DNA of 64,000 nt from a virus: positions 1-64,000 of IMG/VR virus record IMGVR_UViG_3300027972_000001, one strand, 5' to 3'. Below, piece by piece: positions 9,031-17,809 of the stretch. Both the position numbers and the translations under genes were made by a program. The notes below the pieces were generated by a model. The model had not been told where the DNA came from and ran no database searches. It was given only the letters and a program-made list of their open reading frames with translations. Every line of letters begins with the position of its first letter. The first letter of the stretch is position 1.

Positions 9031-9120
9031 AGAGCCAATAGCATCTAAATTATTACAATAGACATCTTCATTATAATTGTGATATGTTGTCTTTATAGAT
9101 CTATTGGCTCTTTTATTTTA
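9031..9120 (+). ncRNA. Candidate structured RNA or long hairpin terminator
   Basis: Nested stems AGAGCCAATAG/CTATTGGCTCT, ATCTA/TAGAT and AGACA/TGTCT, followed by a T-rich tail. Confidence 0.4.
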
Positions 9121-9188
9121 ATTAAAATTGATAATAATTTCTATACTATATACAACTATTTTTATTAACGTTACTAAAACTATTTATT

Positions 9189-9509
9189 ATGGCACTTTCA
9201 AAAGCTAATACACAAAGATGTAATGAAGCATTAAAAGCTTTTCAAAAGCAATATCCTTCAATAACATCAGCTGATATACAAACATTTATATTAGGATTTA
9301 CAGCAGCAACTGAAATGTTATTATCACCTGAAGAAGTAAAAAATATGTTACTTGCTTGTTTTATGTATTCAAGTGCAAACAATAATCAAGGATTATCAAC
9401 TATAGAAGGATTTACATTTGGTGATCAAGTTCAACATATTATACATACAGTTCTTAATAATCCTACATTATCAATGTCAGGGATAGTTCCAAAATTAAGA
9501 AGAAAATAA
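9189..9509 (+). CDS. Hypothetical protein
   Basis: 106 aa, AACTATTTA leader. Confidence 0.8.
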   Translation: MALSKANTQRCNEALKAFQKQYPSITSADIQTFILGFTAATEMLLSPEEVKNMLLACFMYSSANNNQGLSTIEGFTFGDQVQHIIHTVLNNPTLSMSGIVPKLRRK

Positions 9510-9686
9510 TCACTACAACTATATCAATATCTATCTAAAGTAGTTCCAGTAAATCTATGAAGATAATATGATATAATATGAATAAATATAATATTGAATG
9601 TAACATCATATTGATGATACATTGCATTATACCATTCGGTATTACAATATTGATATTGATATAGTTGTTCTTTAATACTTACTGCT

Positions 9687-10115
9687 ATGAATAAAATACC
9701 ACCACAAAGAACATTTGATTTAGATATCTCAATTAGATGCTTAAACACACTACATGTTAATAATATTGTATATGTTAAGCAATTAACAGATATGACACTG
9801 ACTGACCTTAAAGCACTGAAAACAATATCATCTAAAACTATTGAAGAGATAGTTAATATATTAGCTGATTATGGTTTAGCATTAAAAGACTTACCAAAAC
9901 TACCTAATTTATTTTTACAACCATTAGAAGTAAGATCAGAAGTAATAGATATTATTGGTTTTCATAGTGCATATCGTCATTCAGATATAACTTCAACGAG
10001 TCATGTAATAGATAAATCAATATTTTTACAAGTATTACCATATCTATTAGAAGCATTTAGTACAATGACTATTGAAATAAATCAAGAAGAAGTTAAAATA
10101 ACAATACCATATTAA
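9687..10115 (+). CDS. RNA polymerase alpha-subunit CTD-like protein
   Basis: LDISIRCLNTLHVNNIVYVKQL..MTLTDLKALKTISSKTIEEIVNILADYGLAL follows the alpha-CTD pattern. Confidence 0.8.
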   Translation: MNKIPPQRTFDLDISIRCLNTLHVNNIVYVKQLTDMTLTDLKALKTISSKTIEEIVNILADYGLALKDLPKLPNLFLQPLEVRSEVIDIIGFHSAYRHSDITSTSHVIDKSIFLQVLPYLLEAFSTMTIEINQEEVKITIPY

Positions 10116-10166
10116 TTAATAATATGTGTAATTCCTTATTTATTAACTATTTAAAACTATTTAATT

Positions 10167-10778
10167 ATGTTTAAAAAATGTAAAGTAGTTATGCTTCCTA
10201 CTAATGAAAAAGCAAAGATATTATTTACTGGAAATTATATTAATTATAATCATTTAGGTTATAATAAATGTAAAGATTTACATAATCAACATCTTTATAT
10301 CTTATCTGATGATGAGATTAAGGAAGGTGATTGGTATTTGGTTATATCTGAAGACAGTGTAAGACAAGCACAACTGGACTTTCATCTTACAAGAGATTTT
10401 GCAAAGATTATTGCTTCAACTGATTCTTCTCTTAATATTTTTATTAAAGGAATTGGTAATTTAAGTCCATATTATAGTAGTCTTCCTTCTATTCCTCAAT
10501 CATTTATTAACTATTATGTCAGTGAATATAACAAAGGAAATAAAATTGAAGAAGTGATAGTTGAATATGATTCTGAATATGAAGATTGGAAAGATAATGT
10601 AGGTGCTATAATTCTTCCTGCTATTCTTAAACTCACTCCAAACAATACTATCATCATTAAAGCAGTTAAAGATAGCTGGACAAGAGAAGAAGTAATTGCT
10701 TTACATAAACGTAATTGTGAACGATTAACTAACTCTTATACATCAAATGATATTAATTGGATTGAATCTAACTTATAA
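10167..10778 (+). CDS. Hypothetical protein (Bacteroidota phage type)
   Basis: 203 aa; QHLYILSDDEIKEGDW and KIIASTD motifs. Confidence 0.85.
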   Translation: MFKKCKVVMLPTNEKAKILFTGNYINYNHLGYNKCKDLHNQHLYILSDDEIKEGDWYLVISEDSVRQAQLDFHLTRDFAKIIASTDSSLNIFIKGIGNLSPYYSSLPSIPQSFINYYVSEYNKGNKIEEVIVEYDSEYEDWKDNVGAIILPAILKLTPNNTIIIKAVKDSWTREEVIALHKRNCERLTNSYTSNDINWIESNL

Positions 10779-10798
10779 ACTATTTAAAACTTAAAACT

Positions 10799-10867
10799 AT
10801 GTGTTTACTTACTAGACAAATTAAACCTATCATAACTAAATTGGTAAAGTATTTAAACTATGTGTAA
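10799..10867 (+). pseudogene. 22-codon remnant of an MC-start paralog
   Basis: MCLLTRQIKPIITKLVKYLNYV*, with the same TAAAACTATGTGT/TTAAACTATGTGT start context as the next gene. Confidence 0.4.
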
Positions 10868-11234
10868 TCTAACTAGAATTACTAAACGTAAAACTGCTAC
10901 TATTTATAAAGCAGTTGAAAAGTATGACGGTACTTATTATTCTTATTTTGTAGGATTTCCTATAAAGTTAGGAATAGTAGACGGTTCCACTATAGATACT
11001 GATTTAATTCCTAGACGCTTTGGTTTTATACCAGTTGGAAATAATCCATTAGCTATAAATAGAACTATGGGATATGTAAAATTAAAAGACGCTATTGCTG
11101 ATACAGTTAATTGTAATCATTTTCTTAAAATGAAAATTGGTGGTTCAATAGTTGAAGGTAAATTTAATAATAAATCTATTTTAGCTGGTAGTGAAATATT
11201 ATCATTTAAAGAAGTTAAATTTAAAAGAAAATAA
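10860..11234 (+). CDS. Hypothetical protein, paralog A
   Basis: MC start, YK..EK.DG.YYSYF.G.PI..G and C-terminal AGSEILSFKEV. Confidence 0.85.
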   Translation: MCNLTRITKRKTATIYKAVEKYDGTYYSYFVGFPIKLGIVDGSTIDTDLIPRRFGFIPVGNNPLAINRTMGYVKLKDAIADTVNCNHFLKMKIGGSIVEGKFNNKSILAGSEILSFKEVKFKRK

Positions 11235-11235
11235 G

Positions 11236-11700
11236 ATGTGCGATATTGCTAATCCTACAAATTTAAAAACAATTACTGGTTATAAATTAGTAGTTGAAAA
11301 AGACGGTAAATATTATTCATATTTTACTGGGCATCCTATAAATATAGGTTATGTTGCTAAAAGAACTAGCTTATTATGTAAAACATTAAAATTAGAGTTA
11401 TTAGGAATTATTGAATGTAATGATGAAACTTGGGATGATAAATATTCTTATCATCCTATGTGTGGTAAAGTATCTTGTTTTGCTAGTATTTTTGCTGCTA
11501 GATTGTTATATTCTATAGCTATTAATTGGACTCAAAGAACATTTAATGTTTCTAAATTACGAATTATTCAGATAACATTAGGAGGAGAAATAATAGAAGG
11601 TACTAGTAAAAACATAGCTGATGAATTTTCTGAAAAATATAAGACTTATGCTGGTAGTAAAATAATTAGTTTTAAAGAAGTTGCTATTACTAAAAATTAA
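11236..11700 (+). CDS. Hypothetical protein, paralog B
   Basis: Start reassigned to ATG 11236 (MCDIAN) by paralogy; C-terminal AGSKIISFKEV. Confidence 0.85.
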   Translation: MCDIANPTNLKTITGYKLVVEKDGKYYSYFTGHPINIGYVAKRTSLLCKTLKLELLGIIECNDETWDDKYSYHPMCGKVSCFASIFAARLLYSIAINWTQRTFNVSKLRIIQITLGGEIIEGTSKNIADEFSEKYKTYAGSKIISFKEVAITKN

Positions 11701-11711
11701 ATCTATTTATT

Positions 11712-11936
11712 ATGTTACAAATCTTACTCTATATCCTAATTTTAGGTGTTGTCTTTACACTTATTATGTATGTGGCTTATCGTACTCTTTGGAGTATTAT
11801 GCAACTCATTAATATTAGTAATAATCCATATAGAATTTATCATATAATTGCTTTCTTTGGAATAATACTAATGTGTGTATTTATTGTAGTAAAGTATTTT
11901 GAGATATTAATTAAACTTGCTAAACTTATAGACTAA
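11712..11936 (+). CDS. Two-TM membrane protein
   Basis: 74 aa with two hydrophobic helices. Confidence 0.75.
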   Translation: MLQILLYILILGVVFTLIMYVAYRTLWSIMQLINISNNPYRIYHIIAFFGIILMCVFIVVKYFEILIKLAKLID

Positions 11937-12409
11937 TGGAAACAATGAATGACTTCATAAATATAATGTATATTTTATTTATTGGAACAGTTATTCTATT
12001 TTGTATTAATGTAATTATTACAAATAGAAGAGGAAAGATTACTGATAAACAACTAAGTGAATTATTAGTTGATTTAATGATGAAAGAATTTGATATTGTT
12101 AAAGATAAAAGTAATAGTCAATTAACCAAATTATTTCATCCTAAAGTCATCGAACTTTATAGACAAATTATTGCTAATCCTAATTGTGCAATAGTTGATC
12201 CATTTTGTTTAAAAATACATAATACAGAAATTTGGATAGTTAATAGTGTATATGATAGACGTTTTTATAGTCATAAACTTGATACAAAAGAACAGCTTGA
12301 TAAAGAGATAAATCAATTTCTTTCTTATTATGATAAACTTCTTCTTGACAAACTTGCTAAAGCTATTAAAGCTAATCAAGATACAATGGTAACTAAATTA
12401 TTTATATAA
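11936..12409 (+). CDS. Membrane-anchored hypothetical protein
   Basis: N-terminal TM segment; TAATG coupling. Confidence 0.8.
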   Translation: METMNDFINIMYILFIGTVILFCINVIITNRRGKITDKQLSELLVDLMMKEFDIVKDKSNSQLTKLFHPKVIELYRQIIANPNCAIVDPFCLKIHNTEIWIVNSVYDRRFYSHKLDTKEQLDKEINQFLSYYDKLLLDKLAKAIKANQDTMVTKLFI

Positions 12410-12412
12410 ACT

Positions 12413-12724
12413 ATGAAAATAAATAAACCTAATTTTGTAGTGAGAGTTCTTCGTAATGAAGAAATAACTCTTGCAGATCAATTAAGAGAAGATCTTCGTG
12501 ATGCTTGTCATGAGTTTCTTGGTAAAACTGATTGTCAAGATGATACATATCTCATTGAAGCATCTGAAAAACTTGCTATTGATCAACGTATAGCGCTTAA
12601 TCAGTATATTACTGGTTTAAAAATTCAGAATTTTGCTAATAATGCAGCAATTAATGATACTATTACTCTCAATGAAGAAATAAATGATTTTATAAAGAAA
12701 TTTAATAAAGTTACAAAATCATGA
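12413..12724 (+). CDS. Hypothetical protein
   Basis: 103 aa, ATGA overlap with the next gene. Confidence 0.8.
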   Translation: MKINKPNFVVRVLRNEEITLADQLREDLRDACHEFLGKTDCQDDTYLIEASEKLAIDQRIALNQYITGLKIQNFANNAAINDTITLNEEINDFIKKFNKVTKS

Positions 12725-13083
12725 AAAGAAATGTACTTCCTATTATTTGTTTTGTAATTGCAATAGTATTTATTACTCTTGCTTTTACTAATTGTAGTCC
12801 TTCAACTTATGTTGATGTGTATTCAGCTACATATATGAATCCTGATTATGCTAAATGGAAGGCTGAACAAACAGCTAAACAAAAAGCAGTTTATGCTTAT
12901 ACTCAAAGTGATGAGTTTAAGAAAAAATATTGTGGTAAAAGTGAATCTAATAAACTTAGTGGTCCTGCTCCAAAATCTGTAACTGGAACTGCAAATGATC
13001 CTTTTAAAGAAGTTAAAGCATTTAGAATAGGTACACCTGCTAATTTGTCTACACAATATCATAGTATAACTATTAAGTATTAA
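12721..13083 (+). CDS. Putative lipoprotein
   Basis: MKRN, hydrophobic core, then LAFTN-C lipobox-like site. Confidence 0.65.
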   Translation: MKRNVLPIICFVIAIVFITLAFTNCSPSTYVDVYSATYMNPDYAKWKAEQTAKQKAVYAYTQSDEFKKKYCGKSESNKLSGPAPKSVTGTANDPFKEVKAFRIGTPANLSTQYHSITIKY

Positions 13084-13410
13084 TTTGAAAACAATATGGG
13101 CAAGAGAATTATAAAGAGTATTATTAACTTCTTCATTATATATACTTTTGCGTTCTCTTGCTTCTTTAATTGAGGAAATATGGAGAATAATAAATACTAT
13201 ATTATTAATATATTCATAATTATTAAGTAATCCAAAAATAACAAAAGTTCTATTTTCTATAAATGATTTTGCTTCTGTTATTACTTGTTGAACTTCAATT
13301 TTTATCATACATATAGTGTAAAATATAAAATATTTTTATTAGCACTATCAAATAAGTAGTACCTCTAGATCATTTATTCAAAATTTTGTTTTAACTTTAA
13401 ACTATTTAAA

Positions 13411-13953
13411 ATGATAACATTTAGACTTAGTAAACAGAATTTTAGTAAGAATACATTTATTACTGCTAAAACTACTCCAATATCTAAAACTTTAAATAGT
13501 TTTGGATATATACATCATTTTACAAATAAAGAACTTGCTATTGTATATTGGTATGATGATTTTATTAAATCTGAATTAAATTTTAGGCTTAAAGATTTAA
13601 TTGCTAATTACAAGAATATATATCCCTATTACAATACTTCTTATTTAAGAGGTAATATTTGGAAATACAGTTATTCAACATTATTATCTAAAATTGATCC
13701 TAATAAAGGTTTTGGCCAAATTACTGTTGATAAAATGACTTATAAGAAAACACCTATAAAAGGGAACAATGTGATTATAACTGATGCTGTATATGTTCTT
13801 GCTAATGGTATTACTAAACTTGAAGGAGTTATTAGTAAATTAGACAAACATTATTATACAATTAATACTGAAGAAGGTAAGTTTATTTTAACTCGTAATT
13901 CTTTTACATTATTACCTCAAGATTATTTTATACTATTATCAATAAGATGTTAA
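13411..13953 (+). CDS. Hypothetical protein
   Basis: 180 aa, AACTATTTA leader. Confidence 0.8.
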   Translation: MITFRLSKQNFSKNTFITAKTTPISKTLNSFGYIHHFTNKELAIVYWYDDFIKSELNFRLKDLIANYKNIYPYYNTSYLRGNIWKYSYSTLLSKIDPNKGFGQITVDKMTYKKTPIKGNNVIITDAVYVLANGITKLEGVISKLDKHYYTINTEEGKFILTRNSFTLLPQDYFILLSIRC

Positions 13954-13956
13954 ATT

Positions 13957-14346
13957 ATGTTTACATTTATAGGTAAAACAATTAAAGCTCCAGAACAAAT
14001 TCCAAAACTTCTAGGTAAAAGAGTTAAAGTTAAAGCTATCTGGAAAAATGGTAAGTTTGTAGGTAGAGTAGATAATAAGACTATAGTTGAAATTGATGGT
14101 TGGGATGATCTTACTAATTGTAAATGGATATATGCTCTACCTACAAATACTTATTTTACTCCTTGGCATAGAAAACCTTATATGCCACCTGAACAACCTG
14201 ATAAAGATGTTCTTGAAATGACTTTAAGATTTTGGGGTAAATATTGGCATAATATGACTATATATGGTAAGATAGTTAATGGTGTATTTTATCAATCTAA
14301 ATCTAGAAATCATGAATCAGTTATTTCAGAAACTATTAGTCAATAA
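13957..14346 (+). CDS. Hypothetical protein
   Basis: 129 aa, Trp-rich. Confidence 0.8.
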   Translation: MFTFIGKTIKAPEQIPKLLGKRVKVKAIWKNGKFVGRVDNKTIVEIDGWDDLTNCKWIYALPTNTYFTPWHRKPYMPPEQPDKDVLEMTLRFWGKYWHNMTIYGKIVNGVFYQSKSRNHESVISETISQ

Positions 14347-14662
14347 AAGTGCTATGCGACCATTTATACAATGGTATGATGGTCGTTATCCTAATTCATT
14401 GAGTGTATTTCAGGATTTACCATTTACTATGCAGTTAGGTGTATATCTAGAATATTTTGAAACATTATATCATTTAATTATTATAGTTAATACAAAAGGA
14501 TATATAATTCAATTTAGTGATGATAGAAAAATTCCTATTCATGGTGTGAATAATATGCAATATAATCATTATAAATTTGAATATAATGAAGTTAAAACTA
14601 TTATTCATGGTTATGAACTTGGAATTGCTTGGTTATTTGAAAATTATGATGTTCCATTTTAA
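14312..14662 (+). CDS. Hypothetical protein
   Basis: Probable start at ATG 14312 (track gives 14279); FQDLPFTMQLGVYLEYF. Confidence 0.75.
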   Translation: MNQLFQKLLVNKSAMRPFIQWYDGRYPNSLSVFQDLPFTMQLGVYLEYFETLYHLIIIVNTKGYIIQFSDDRKIPIHGVNNMQYNHYKFEYNEVKTIIHGYELGIAWLFENYDVPF

Positions 14663-14674
14663 ACTATTTAAATT

Positions 14675-14818
14675 ATGACAAAAAATATAGATGTTGCACG
14701 AAAAGTTGCTAAATTAGTAGTATCTGAACTTGCTTCTAATTTTAAAACAGAAAATGAACTTAATCAAGTTGTATATAAAACTAGAAAAGGACAAATAAGA
14801 ACTGTTTATTATAACTAA
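14675..14818 (+). CDS. Small hypothetical protein (47 aa)
   Basis: MTKNIDVARKVAKL...VYYN; fills the gap and has an AACTATTTA leader. Confidence 0.7.
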   Translation: MTKNIDVARKVAKLVVSELASNFKTENELNQVVYKTRKGQIRTVYYN

Positions 14819-14830
14819 AATACTAAAATC

Positions 14831-15073
14831 ATGACTTACTTAGAAAAGAAAGCAATAGCTGATACTTATTTAGAGAAGAAAGCAGGAACAACATGGGATA
14901 ATCTTCCAGACATCAATAGTTTACATAATTGTGATGATGAAGATGATGTAATCGCAATGTGTGATGCTAGATTGCGAGAAGAAGGTTTTCCATTTGAAAC
15001 CGATAAAGATATTGAAAATCTTGATATTGATGATGATGAAGATGAAGGAGAATTAGACTTTATAGATCTTTAG
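14831..15073 (+). CDS. Small acidic protein
   Basis: 80 aa, duplicated TYLEKKA and a very acidic C-terminus. Confidence 0.8.
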   Translation: MTYLEKKAIADTYLEKKAGTTWDNLPDINSLHNCDDEDDVIAMCDARLREEGFPFETDKDIENLDIDDDEDEGELDFIDL

Positions 15074-15075
15074 TT

Positions 15076-16563
15076 ATGCAAAACTTTGTAGATAAAGTAG
15101 CTAAATATGGTGGTTATGGATTTACATCAGATCAAGAGAAAGCTCTTGATTTACTTGCTGATTGGTATAATAATCCTAAAGATCTTCTGTTTGTTTTAGC
15201 TGGTAGAGCAGGTACAGGAAAAACTTATCTTCTTAAATATTTTATAGATAAGATTGTTAAACATCCTATTTGTGTATCTGCTCCTACTCATAAAGCTGTA
15301 AGACAAGTTGAAAGAAGTACTGGAAGAAAGGGCAAAACATTACAAAGTTTGCATGGTCTTCGTCCTAATATTAATCTAGAAGATTTTGATTTAAATAATG
15401 TAAAATTTGATGCCCTTGGTAATCCTACTATGAATAATTATAAGATAGTAGTTATTGACGAATGTAGTATGGTTAATGCATCATTACATGATTTGAATGT
15501 AAGAAGAGCTAGAGATTTAGGAGTAAAACTTCTTTATGTTGGTGATCCAAAGCAATTACCACCTGTTAATAAATACAATGATAATGATGTTACAATCAGT
15601 CCTACATTCAATCTTAAAAACAAATATGAATTAGTAGAAATAATACGACAAAATACTGATAATCCATTAACAGAATTACTTGAAGTTATTGTTAAAGATA
15701 TAGATACTGATGGTGTTAAGCATCTTCAATATTTACTTGATAATCCTACTAGAATAAATCCTGTTGGAGAGGGATATAAAGTATATACTAATCGTACTGA
15801 ATTTTTAAACAATGCAATAGATTGTTTTAAAAGTACTGAATTTAGTGATGATCCTGATCATGGTAGAGTTGCAGCATGGAAAAATGATACTGTTTTTGCA
15901 TATAATACTGAAATTAGAAAAGCTGTATCAGCTCATTTCAATAATGGTATACCTACAGATGAATTAATTGATATAAATGATCTTCTTATTGGATATAAAA
16001 CTATTACTGATGAATTCAATGAAACAGTAATTATCAATAGTGAAGATTATGTTGTTATTCAAGTAATTCCTAGAATGTCAGAAGAAGGATTTAAATCCTA
16101 TGCTGTTAAAATTATGCCTAGACATGGTGGTACTAAAGTTGATCTTAATATAGTAGATCATCGGGATACATCATTTTTAGTATATTATAATCTAGTTAAA
16201 CGCAAATATTATAATGCTTTATATGCTCACTATAGTAATAAATCTGCTAAATGGAGAGAATATTATAAATATAAAGATTCTAATTTGAATTTAGTTACCT
16301 TTCCAATTAAAGATGGTGATAATATAAAAGCATATGTAACTAAGGATATTGATTATGCGTTTAGTTTAACTGTTCATAAACTACAAGGTAGTACCATTGC
16401 AAATACTTTTATTGATCTTAATGATATGTTATATTATACTAGTGGTAAGCCTGTAGTGAATAGTCATTTTGCACCTAGAGCAATAGAAGTAAGAAATAAA
16501 CTTATTTATACTGCTATTTCTCGTACTTCCAAATTCTGTAATATTTACTTAAATTTAAAATGA
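15076..16563 (+). CDS. SF1 helicase (Dda/RecD-like)
   Basis: GRAGTGKT, APTHKA, IDECSM, VGDPKQLPP, TVHKLQGST and YTAISR. Confidence 0.93.
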   Translation: MQNFVDKVAKYGGYGFTSDQEKALDLLADWYNNPKDLLFVLAGRAGTGKTYLLKYFIDKIVKHPICVSAPTHKAVRQVERSTGRKGKTLQSLHGLRPNINLEDFDLNNVKFDALGNPTMNNYKIVVIDECSMVNASLHDLNVRRARDLGVKLLYVGDPKQLPPVNKYNDNDVTISPTFNLKNKYELVEIIRQNTDNPLTELLEVIVKDIDTDGVKHLQYLLDNPTRINPVGEGYKVYTNRTEFLNNAIDCFKSTEFSDDPDHGRVAAWKNDTVFAYNTEIRKAVSAHFNNGIPTDELIDINDLLIGYKTITDEFNETVIINSEDYVVIQVIPRMSEEGFKSYAVKIMPRHGGTKVDLNIVDHRDTSFLVYYNLVKRKYYNALYAHYSNKSAKWREYYKYKDSNLNLVTFPIKDGDNIKAYVTKDIDYAFSLTVHKLQGSTIANTFIDLNDMLYYTSGKPVVNSHFAPRAIEVRNKLIYTAISRTSKFCNIYLNLK

Positions 16564-16564
16564 T

Positions 16565-16939
16565 ATGAAAACAACAAAACAAGATAAAATATGTGAACTT
16601 TGTGATACTCCTGTAGGAGATCCTAAATGTGTTGATTGTTTAAAAGTTAAAATTCCTATGATAAAAAAGAAATTTGGTGGACTTGTTGCTAATATTCCAA
16701 GTGATAATCCAATAGTAGAAGAAAATTGATTTACTATAGTAGAGCTTATTTACAAAGATGGAAGTAGAAGTTTACATCGTTATAATACTGGATTTGAGGG
16801 ATTTAAACTTTTAGGTATTCTTGACTTTATAATGTCAGAAGTTAGAAAAATGCTTTGTCCAAATGATACTGAATTTAAACATATTACTAGAAAAGTTCAT
16901 GTTAAAGGAAAAGAAACAACTAATATAGTAAAAAAATGA
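16565..16939 (+). pseudogene. Zn-finger-containing gene interrupted by in-frame TGA at 16727-16729
   Basis: 54 codons (CELC...CVDC), then TGA, then 69 open codons ending in an ATGA overlap with 16936. Confidence 0.65.
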
Positions 16940-17172
16940 GTAGTATTTGTTGTATTCCAGCTGATAATGATGGAAATAAACTATATTTAAAAGATCTTAG
17001 ACTTGATAAAGATCGAATATTTGTTAAATATCGTTCTACATACAATGATATTCCTTTTGTAGAAACAGAATTATTTACTGATCTTATGGGAAACTGTATT
17101 ATCACTGGAGAAGATGGTACAGTATTATGGAGATTTAGAAAAAAACTATTAGAAAAATTAGATGTAATATGA
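16936..17172 (+). CDS. Hypothetical protein
   Basis: 78 aa, ATGA-coupled to the next gene. Confidence 0.8.
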   Translation: MSSICCIPADNDGNKLYLKDLRLDKDRIFVKYRSTYNDIPFVETELFTDLMGNCIITGEDGTVLWRFRKKLLEKLDVI

Positions 17173-17744
17173 CAGAATTTACTTGTTCTAAATGTGATAT
17201 TTGCCTTATAAATAATCATCATCCACTTCTTGGTGATGGCAATTTAAATGCTAATATTATGTTTATCGCTAGAAATCCAAGTGCTTTTGAAATTAAAAAC
17301 AATATTCCCCTTATATCAAAAGAAGGAATGTTATTTCAGAGATACTTAGATTTATTTAATTTTAGTAGAGATGATATTTATATTACTAATGTTGTTAAAT
17401 GTAGAACTCCAAGTCATAGACATCCTACAGATAATGAAATATATAATTGTAGAGGATATTTAGAAAATGAAATTATTTCCATAAATCCTAAAATTATAGT
17501 TCTTGTAGGTAATACTGCTTTGAGATCATATTTTAAATTAGCATTTACAAATACTTTTATTGATATAGCAACAATTAATTCTAAATATATTGCTCATAAT
17601 AACAGAGTTATATTATTTATGATTGATCCTAGTCATGCTATCAATTCTAATGAAAATAGAATTGCTATTTATCATGCGTTTTTATCTTTACTAACATTAT
17701 ATAGAAATATTAATCCAGGTCATACTATTAATTTCAATTTATAA
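17169..17744 (+). CDS. Uracil-DNA glycosylase family 4-like (degenerate active site)
   Basis: CSKC, GDGNLNANIMFI, YITNVVKCRTP, EIYNC and PKIIVLVGNTA. Confidence 0.85.
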   Translation: MTEFTCSKCDICLINNHHPLLGDGNLNANIMFIARNPSAFEIKNNIPLISKEGMLFQRYLDLFNFSRDDIYITNVVKCRTPSHRHPTDNEIYNCRGYLENEIISINPKIIVLVGNTALRSYFKLAFTNTFIDIATINSKYIAHNNRVILFMIDPSHAINSNENRIAIYHAFLSLLTLYRNINPGHTINFNL

Positions 17745-17809
17745 TTTATTATTTTATTCAATATATTATCTGAACAATATAAAGTTTAATATTCACTAAA
17801 TAATTAATT

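Noticed and set aside
9524-9748. Minus-strand 74-aa ORF, or an alternative 28-aa hydrophobic plus-strand peptide, in the 9510-9686 gap
   Set aside because: It overlaps the alpha-CTD gene start, and neither reading has enough support to call.
16727-16729. Selenocysteine decoding of the in-frame TGA
   Set aside because: There is no evident SECIS-like hairpin just downstream, and the position is not in a redox motif.
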